From Candidatus Brocadia sp. (GTDB lineage: Bacteria; Planctomycetota; Brocadiia; Brocadiales; Brocadiaceae), in contig CP091279.1 of assembly GCA_021650915.1 (NCBI GenBank), forward strand, positions 3,450,001 through 3,482,000: DNA of 32,000 bases, in the 5' to 3' direction. Under the pieces are notes generated by a model. That model did no database searches. It was not told where the DNA came from and saw only the letters and a program-made list of their open reading frames with translations. Positions 25,868 to 32,000 of the stretch are shown in pieces; position 1 is the first letter of the stretch; each line of letters starts with the position of its first letter. The position numbers and the translations under genes were made by a program.

Positions 25868-26018
25868 GTAACACTTTAGTTTTTTGAAAAATTACCATAA
25901 TAACGATGTTACCGCACGGTGTAGGGGCGAAGCATTTGCCATAAATTGGCATAAATGTATTCACACCCCAAGCTGGCAAATGCTTCGCCCCTACTTTTTC
26001 AAAAAACTAAAGTGTTAC
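25868..26018. repeat. 151-bp compound inverted repeat (24-bp outer arms + 20-bp inner arms)
   Basis: Outer arms gtaacactttagttttttgaaaaa (25868-25891) / tttttcaaaaaactaaagtgttac (25995-26018). Inner arms gtaggggcgaagcatttgcc (25921-25940) / ggcaaatgcttcgcccctac (25975-25994). All are perfect, with a 29-nt asymmetric bulge and a 34-nt loop. Confidence 0.9.
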
Positions 26019-26074
26019 CTTTTTTTAAAGTGGAATCCTAACCACTGGTTTATACACAAGAGAGGAGGACGGCA

Positions 26075-27622
26075 ATGGAGAAGTTTCTGGAGAGATATGA
26101 TAGCAAAATCAGTGGGGTAATATCAACCTTTGATCGGATGATATTCAAGGGGCATATCCTGTCGTTTTTTCAAAAAGGCAACAGGCATCATTATTTATTT
26201 CAGGAGAAGGTGTTGTTTAAGGATTTTGGTAAGTATGCGAAGAAAGTGTCAGGTGAAATTAAGGATAAAGCGAGAGAGTTGTCGGACAAAGAGGGACGTC
26301 CGTTAATACCGCTGGATTCAAGCAGAATCAGCAAGGAGGACATTGCGCGGAAAGTACAAAAAGAAGAGGGAATAAAAGAAGGGCTTATTTGTGTCATAAC
26401 GATGGTAGAGCGGTGTGTATCGTTTGATATCCGGGGTAATAGAGAGACAGGGAAATGAGAGGTGGTAATTCGGGAGCGCCGATGTTTGTTTCTGTATTTT
26501 TATTACCAACACAAGGAGTTTGGTTTCATGCAAGTACGGATTCAGACGTGGTTTCCCTTTCAGATACAAATTTATATCAACGGACGTGAATGGTTGTGTA
26601 AACGGCTGGATAGGAAGGGCATTGGTTATCAGAGACACGACAATAGTATTATTCAGGTTGATGATGTAAAGGTGGCGCAGGAGATAGCGGAACGGTTTGT
26701 TGATGTCGGTTTTGTGAAGGCATTTGACGCGCTTTGCCGGCAGATAAATCCCGTTTTACCCCGGATAAAAAAGGTATTTTCTAAGGGATATTATTGGGTG
26801 CTGGATCAAGGGGAGTATGCAACCGATGTAATGTTCAAAGATCGGCAAAGTTTGCGAGAAATCTATCCGGAACTGGTAGAGCATGCCTTAGTGAACTTCA
26901 ATGCCTCAGACGTGATGACCTTTTTGGGGAGAAAACTCACGGGTAATTTTCGAGGCGAGATTATAACGGATACGAAGAAAAGACCGCAAGGGGTTCGCAT
27001 CAAGCACCGCATGAAGAAGAATTCCCTGAAGATGTATGACACGTGGAGTGTGTTACGGGTGGAAACAACCATGAATAACCCGCGTGAGTTTAAGATATAC
27101 CGTGAGGTAGAGCGTTGTGGTGAAAAAGTGATGAGATGGGTGCCTATGGGTAAGAGTGTGTTTCATCTTTACCGTTATGCTGAGGTATCGAAAAGCGCCA
27201 ATGGGCGATATTTGGGTGCATTGTCAGCAGTTGTACCCCTGCACGATTGTGTAAAAGAACTGGAGCAACTTGCTCAACCTGTCCGTGATGGACAGAGCCG
27301 TCATTCCGGATTTAATCCATTATCCCCTGAAATAACCAGAGTATTTGAAGCCGTTTTAGACGGCGCTCATAGTATAAATGGTTTTAGAAATAAAGATTTG
27401 AGGAGCCAATTGTTTGGTGATAATACCAGGTCGCCGGAAGAGAAGAAAAAGACGGGCTCAAAAATAACGAGGATAATAAGAAAGCTCAGGGCTCACGGGC
27501 TTATATCGAAAATACCCCGTTCGACGAGGTATAAAGTTACTGAAAAAGGATATCGTATTTTGGGCGCATCTCTTGAAATGAAAAAGAAGCATCTCCCTAC
27601 AACAATGAAATATGTTGCTTAA
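26075..27622 (+). CDS. Conserved hypothetical protein (515 codons) with a single in-frame TGA at 26456-26458; C-terminal winged-helix-like region
   Basis: ORFs 26075-26458 and 26462-27622 are in the same frame, separated only by TGA GAG. The motif run ..FGFMQVRIQTWFPFQIQIYINGREWL.. spans a family I recall only as 'hypothetical'. The tail LRAHGLISKIPRSTRYKVTEKGYRIL looks like a wHTH. Confidence 0.6.
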
Positions 27623-27800
27623 AAAAAACTTACAAAAAAAGAAGTTTTTACTGGGTAATACTATAGTGTTATGCAATTATGGTTAACCCCGTATAGGTGG
27701 CATAGTATCGTTATTTTCCCGATATTTCACCCCTTACAGGGTTGAATAGGGTGGCGCGCTTTTTCTATAATCATGTCATCCCTTCGGGATTTTTCAAAAA
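27622..27800 (+). repeat. Modular repeat (A reversed + C), same orientation as 14030-14190
   Basis: acttacaaaaaaagaagtttttactgggtaatactatagtgttatgcaattatggttaaccccg...ctataatcatgtcatcccttcgggatttttcaaaaaac. Confidence 0.85.
27742..27771 (+). promoter_or_regulatory. Repeat-borne promoter-like element TTGAAT-N18-TATAAT
   Basis: TTGAAT at 27742-27747 and TATAAT at 27766-27771. It points toward the transposase stub and the GlcF-like gene. Confidence 0.35.
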
Positions 27801-27816
27801 ACCAGCGTGTTACAGG

Positions 27817-27993
27817 AATGAAACCAAGAAGAAAAGGAGAACGATATAGGAGTTACCCCATGCACAGATGGTATCACCTAGAATTTGGTTGTCAATTTCA
27901 CGTTGAATTCAGGGACGGCAGCTTAGCGGTGATTCTCAAGGCATTTTGCAAGGTACTGCCAGAGCTGTTGAGGGATTTTGTCCAGGAGGCGCC
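27817..27993 (+). pseudogene. Second copy of the first ~175 bp of the element at 24449-25272 (transposase 5' stub)
   Basis: ..ccccatgcacagatggtatcac..gaatttggttgtcaa..ctcaaggcattttgcaag..ctgcc.gag.t.ttaagggatttt aligns with 24449-24625, with a 1-nt indel. Confidence 0.7.
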
Positions 27994-28179
27994 TGCGCCA
28001 AGACAGTAAAAATTCCTGTCCCATGAAATTCCGGTAGCGTGTCAGAAACGATCGGCGGTGCATGGTCAAAAGCATTGCCGAAAAAAGCCTCCCTTTTTTA
28101 TTTTCTCTTTGCTACAATTACTTTTTATAACAAAAGAGAATACCTTTTCCGATGCAACGATAATAAGATGGGATAATGC

Positions 28180-29409
28180 ATGAATACGAAGGCGTGGCGA
28201 GACGAAATTAACAAGTGCGCCAAATGCGGCAAATGCCGGTCAATTTGTCCCGTCTTTATCGAAACGGGCAATGAATCTATGGTGGCGCGTGGCCGCATCA
28301 GCCTGGCCGAGGCATTGCGAAACGGAGAAATTTTTCACACGGAACTTTTGAGGGATTACCTCCTGTCCTGTAAAAAATGCCTCCGCTGCTCCAGCATCTG
28401 CCCATCGGGTGTTGATTATGATATCATTATCCAAACCATGCTTGACGATCTGGCAAAGCACCTCGGAATATGGCTAATACCCCGGATCGTATTCAGGCTA
28501 TTCCTGACCCGCAGGTGGCTCTTTAACCTGCTTTTAAAAACTGCCAGTATCTTTCAACGTCTCGTCCCGTTAAAGCGTCGCGGCACCATGCGACACCTCC
28601 CCTTTATGCTTATGGGTGGCAGATGGATTCCTCCTTTGGCGAAGAAGTCGGTATTAAGAAACCATCGAAATACGAAGAAGATAAAAGATCCGAAAATGAA
28701 GGTGGGATTTTATGTCGGTTGTCTCATCAATTACGTCTATACCGATATTGCCGATGCCGTAATTGAGGTATTAAACCATCTTGGGGTTGAAGTCGTTGTG
28801 CCCTCAAAACAGTTGTGCTGTGGCATTCCGGCGCGATCCCTGGGAGATGCCAAAACAGCGCGAAGATTGGCGGAGGCAAACGTGGAGGTGTTTGAAAAGG
28901 CCAACGTCGATTTTATTATCAATGCGTGCGCTACCTGTGGAAGGACATTGAAAAGAGATTATCTTCATATCCTGGGAGATCGCGCCTTACCATTCACGAA
29001 TAAAATATACGATGTATCCGAGTTTATTGAAAAATATTTTTCATATGAAACAAAGACACTCAGCACGAAGATTACCTACCATGACCCTTGTCATCTCTAC
29101 TGGGGTCAAAATATATCAAAGCAACCCAGGGATATTTTGAAGCGTTCTTCCGCGTTTCAGGAAATGGATACCCCGGAACGATGCTGTGGTGGCGGAGGGG
29201 TATTTAATCTGTTGCACTATGACATCTCCACAAAGATTGGGGAATACAAGGCAAAAGCCATTGAAAAAAGTGGCGCGGAAGCTGTAGCAACGGGCTGTCC
29301 AGGGTGTCGGCTTCAAATCGAAGACCTCCTTGCTGCAAGAGGTTCTGAGGTCAAATGCACCCACACCATCCAGGTGTTACGAGATGCACTGATTTCAACC
29401 ACGAAATAG
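28180..29409 (+). CDS. GlcF/HdrD-like Fe-S oxidoreductase subunit (two 4Fe-4S ferredoxin motifs + two CCG domains)
   Basis: CAKCGKCRSICP and CKKCLRCSSICP, then ..GCLINY...QLCCGIP.. and ..HDPCHL...ERCCGGGG... Confidence 0.85.
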   Translation: MNTKAWRDEINKCAKCGKCRSICPVFIETGNESMVARGRISLAEALRNGEIFHTELLRDYLLSCKKCLRCSSICPSGVDYDIIIQTMLDDLAKHLGIWLIPRIVFRLFLTRRWLFNLLLKTASIFQRLVPLKRRGTMRHLPFMLMGGRWIPPLAKKSVLRNHRNTKKIKDPKMKVGFYVGCLINYVYTDIADAVIEVLNHLGVEVVVPSKQLCCGIPARSLGDAKTARRLAEANVEVFEKANVDFIINACATCGRTLKRDYLHILGDRALPFTNKIYDVSEFIEKYFSYETKTLSTKITYHDPCHLYWGQNISKQPRDILKRSSAFQEMDTPERCCGGGGVFNLLHYDISTKIGEYKAKAIEKSGAEAVATGCPGCRLQIEDLLAARGSEVKCTHTIQVLRDALISTTK

Positions 29410-29509
29410 CCTCAGCCTGTTAAAGCTATGGTAAACCGGGCGTGAATACGTGTTTACCGTTGTGTTCGTTTCAAGCAAACATGTAGCAACAGCGACACAG
29501 GAGTCAAGT

Positions 29510-29753
29510 ATGGGAAAGACAATCAGGGCGAGATTTTTCAAAGGTGTAATCAAACCTTTGGAAGAGATTGATACGACAGATGGAAAAGAAGTGTTTGTAA
29601 CCATTATCGAGGTTCACACATCTTCAAAAGAGGACGCCTTTGAAAGATCCACTGGGGAGATGGAAGGGTACAATTGATGCTGAAAAGTTAATAAAAGATA
29701 TTTATAGTGATCGTCTTATATCTACAAGAAGTTTATTTACTTTGATTTGTTGA
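29510..29753 (+). pseudogene. DUF104/AF2212-like antitoxin, frameshifted at a G4 run (29654-29657), with no cognate toxin
   Basis: aggag RBS 6 nt upstream. MGKTIRARFFKGVIKPLEEIDTTDGKEVFVTI.. Frame 0 stops at 29677. The +1 frame continues RWKGTIDAEKLIKDIYSDRLISTR..* to 29753, a typical tail for this antitoxin type (from memory). Confidence 0.55.
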
Positions 29754-29755
29754 TA

Positions 29756-29938
29756 TTATGGACTTACGACACGAGAATTTGCTAAAATACCTATTCTCGG
29801 ACAGTCTGTCAACGTGTGACGTAAATTTCCAGGGAGCGCCTTACGAGCAGTTTCAATGGCGTCTTTGGTTTCCCTTGTCGTCTGGAAAAATCTCTTTAAT
29901 TCGCTGACAACCTTTATCTGATAGTTTTTCAGGAACAC
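29756..29938 (-). pseudogene. N-terminal stub of a helicase/restriction (Res-like) subunit
   Basis: GTG start. MFLKNYQIKVVSELKRFFQTTRE.. resembles the L.xYQ..a...l..f opening of type III Res / DEAD-like helicases. Only 60 codons. Confidence 0.35.
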
Positions 29939-29946
29939 GGATTGTT

Positions 29947-30369
29947 TTAACCTCGTTTTTTTAAGTAACTCATAAGTTCAGAAGTTTTCCAGATTTTTAT
30001 CTTTTTTACATTTTCAAAATGTTTGTCATTTGACCAGATACCGTTATTCTCTGTTGCTAAGGCAAGAGCTATAAAAGGGACGTCAAACGGATCAGTTAAG
30101 CCGATAATTTTATAAGCATTTTCTAAATATGGTTTTATTTCAGAAACAGAGACAATTCTTATGTTATCCAAAAGCAGAGATAGTATTATATTCAACTCTT
30201 TCTCACTCAAACCACTCCGTTTGGAAATAACTTTTCGGTGCTTTTCGTATTCTTCCAATGCGTATTCAGGCAGGAGAAACTCGATATCTGCAAACAGCAG
30301 AATTTCCCTTGTTGCAGAATCTTTAAGAATCGCTGAAATAAGAATGCCGGTATCTATTACTAATCTCAT
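29947..30369 (-). CDS. PIN-domain toxin (VapC-like)
   Basis: MRLVIDTGILISA.. with acidic residues in the expected PIN positions (D6, E around 40, D in DPFDVPFIALA, SNDKHF). The start overlaps the upstream stop (TGATG). Confidence 0.8.
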   Translation of the reverse strand: MRLVIDTGILISAILKDSATREILLFADIEFLLPEYALEEYEKHRKVISKRSGLSEKELNIILSLLLDNIRIVSVSEIKPYLENAYKIIGLTDPFDVPFIALALATENNGIWSNDKHFENVKKIKIWKTSELMSYLKKRG

Positions 30370-30593
30370 CAGGCTTTTTGATACCTTTTTGACAAAGCAG
30401 CCTTTATTTCATGGTCTAAATCGTCAATATCATTTTCTGTGAGTCTGCTTTTTAGTGTGAGAGACTCCAGCAATTTTATCTTTTTTGCATAATCCCAGAT
30501 TGCCTTATTGACAACTTTGTTCCAGTCAACCTCCTCATGTCTCTTTATGATATCTTTTATGTCTGTCGGAATTTCAAAGGTAAGCTTAGGCAT
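30369..30593 (-). CDS. Putative cognate antitoxin (VapB-like by position)
   Basis: 74 aa, immediately upstream of and overlapping the PIN gene. No family recognised from the sequence. Confidence 0.55.
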   Translation of the reverse strand: MPKLTFEIPTDIKDIIKRHEEVDWNKVVNKAIWDYAKKIKLLESLTLKSRLTENDIDDLDHEIKAALSKRYQKA

Positions 30594-30628
30594 TTTTTAT
30601 TCCTCCTTTGCATGAATTTTAACAAAAC

Positions 30629-31105
30629 CTATCCATTTCTCTGAAATAAATTATACGGGATGCTTACAAACTCAATCTGATTGGATTCCATGTATTCTTC
30701 GTCAAGAAAGCAGGCTGGGGCATAGACAATCCGCTCCTTATTGGGCTGTTCGGCAATAATCCTTTCGGCAATCTCAAGATTAAGCGCCATCCTGGTCAAT
30801 GCCTCATAGTCCTGTTTGTAAATCAGATAAATCGTCTGATTGCCGAAATCGCCCACAAAGAACTTCTTCTCGCTTATCTTTTTCTCATCCTTCAGGTTTT
30901 CACCGGTGCAGAGATAATAAGCATACCTTGCAAATATTTTGTAATCAGGCAGTTTGCCTTCCAGCAAGGTTTCTGCATCCAAAGGCTGTCCGACCCGCAG
31001 ATACTGAAACCCGCTGTCATAGTCGTATTTCTCAATCGTCCTCTTGATACGCTCGCGGGTAATGTCCTTGCAGATATTTTTCCCTTTAAATTGCAGCGTG
31101 GGCAT
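30629..31105 (-). pseudogene. C-terminal fragment of an adenine-specific DNA methyltransferase (type III Mod-like)
   Basis: ..ITRERIKRTIEK...GFQYLRVG...LPDYKIFARYAYYLCTG...IYLIYKQD...IVYAPACFLDEEYM....IEFVSIPYNLF matches the C-terminal region of such methylases, from memory. The catalytic DPPY/NPPY region is absent. Confidence 0.5.
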
Positions 31106-31122
31106 GAGTTTCCTTTACTCCA

Positions 31123-31392
31123 TCAGATTCCACATTGTCCCCTTTTTTCGCAAAGAGCTACCGTCTTTCTATAAGCAGTTTCCTGGGAAAGAATAGTAGG
31201 TGTGTCAATTTCCCGAATTACCCAATTATTACTGATTGATACTTTGGGCTTGTAGGGTCCGTAGGTGTAAAGCTTTTCCAACTTACTAATAATTTGATCA
31301 TTATCCCTCCCCACCAGGTCAGGGAAGATAGTAAATAAAAAGGCATCTCTTTTTGTACAATTTGCAGCTAATTCCTTCCTTGAATTTTGCAT
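31123..31392 (-). CDS. Hypothetical protein (89 aa from the ATG at 31392); possibly a gene fragment
   Basis: ORF only. The longer track ORF would overlap the asd stop. No motif recognised. Confidence 0.25.
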   Translation of the reverse strand: MQNSRKELAANCTKRDAFLFTIFPDLVGRDNDQIISKLEKLYTYGPYKPKVSISNNWVIREIDTPTILSQETAYRKTVALCEKRGQCGI

Positions 31393-31402
31393 ACCCTCTT
31401 TA

Positions 31403-32000
31403 TCACAAGAGCTTTTCGGCAATCTGGATGGCATTCAGGGCAGCCCCTTTCCTGACGTTATCGCTTACAACCCACAGATTGATTCCATGATCAAGGGATT
31501 CGTCTTCACGGATACGGCCCACGAAAACTTCGTCCCTGCCTGTAGCCATCGTGGCCAGGGGATACAGTTGATTGGCAGGATCATCCGCTACCTGAACGCC
31601 CGGCGCCGTCGAAAGCAGCTTCTTTACCGCCGCCGCGCTAATCTTTTTCTCCGTTTCTATATTGATGGACTCGCTATGACTGCGAATAACGGGCACCCGC
31701 ACGGTAGTTGCGGTCACCCTGACGCTATTGTCACCCAGGATCTTTTTGGTTTCGCTTACCATCTTCATCTCTTCCGAGGTATATCCATTGGGAAGAAACG
31801 CATTGTTCTGGGGAATCTGTGGCAACACGTTAAAGGCGATCTGGTGGGGAAACAGGTTTCTTCTAAAACCTTCCTGGCCGGATAAAATGCTAGCCGTTTC
31901 CTTTTGAAGTTCATCAATGGCTTTCAGCCCCGCACCCGATACGGCCTGATACGTTGACACGACAATCCTCTTTATCCTGGCGGCATCGTGGATTGGTTTC
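31403..32000 (-). CDS. asd: Aspartate-semialdehyde dehydrogenase, C-terminal part (N-terminus beyond the right edge)
   Basis: ..IVVSTYQAVSGAG...RVPV..SHSESI...GINLWVVSDNVRKGAALNAIQIAE. The reading frame stays open to position 32000. Confidence 0.9.
   Translation of the reverse strand, partial: KPIHDAARIKRIVVSTYQAVSGAGLKAIDELQKETASILSGQEGFRRNLFPHQIAFNVLPQIPQNNAFLPNGYTSEEMKMVSETKKILGDNSVRVTATTVRVPVIRSHSESINIETEKKISAAAVKKLLSTAPGVQVADDPANQLYPLATMATGRDEVFVGRIREDESLDHGINLWVVSDNVRKGAALNAIQIAEKLL

Noticed and set aside
26456-26458. Selenocysteine as a confident reading of the in-frame TGA
   Set aside because: I see no obvious SECIS-like hairpin immediately downstream, and the surrounding locus is full of pseudogenes. 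It is reported as an open question, not as a recoding call.
28010-28110. Short minus-strand ORF with an upstream gggagg, antisense to the transposase stub
   Set aside because: About 50 codons with no recognisable motif, overlapping a pseudogene fragment. The evidence is insufficient.

Overview
The window mixes conserved housekeeping genes with heavily decayed, repeat-rich accessory DNA. All calls come from reading the sequence and ORF track by eye; no searches were run. Housekeeping genes: ftsH (partial), an HI0933-like flavoprotein, two YkgJ-type Cys-cluster proteins, an RmlD-like reductase, an ATGA-coupled methyltransferase/ABC-F pair, a MutY-like glycosylase, a cell-wall amidase, a DUF3786/Fe-S protein, rubrerythrin, uvrB, a GlcF-like Fe-S protein and asd (partial). 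The accessory DNA holds five main things. (1) A ~1134-codon secreted beta-helix/Big/LamG surface-protein gene with 501-bp tandem repeats is split by an IS4/IS5-like element that itself carries a nested IS630-family element. (2) The leader of that gene contains what looks like a c-di-GMP-I (GEMM-I) riboswitch with a mutually exclusive terminator, preceded by a 9-bp tandem repeat. (3) A modular family of structured intergenic repeats occurs at seven or more loci. It includes a 159-bp unit with perfect 27-bp terminal inverted repeats and copies carrying a near-consensus outward promoter followed by a C(UUCG)G hairpin. (4) An IS graveyard at 24.4-28.0 kb surrounds a 515-codon conserved unknown ORF that has an in-frame TGA and a 151-bp compound inverted repeat upstream. 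(5) A decayed type III restriction-modification locus at 29.5-31.1 kb has a PIN toxin-antitoxin pair between the mod and res remnants, plus an orphan frameshifted antitoxin. Several gene remnants abut repeats or IS ends. I saw no rRNA, tRNA or CRISPR array. The repeat vocabulary and gene content remind me of anammox Planctomycetes (Brocadiales), but that is only an impression.
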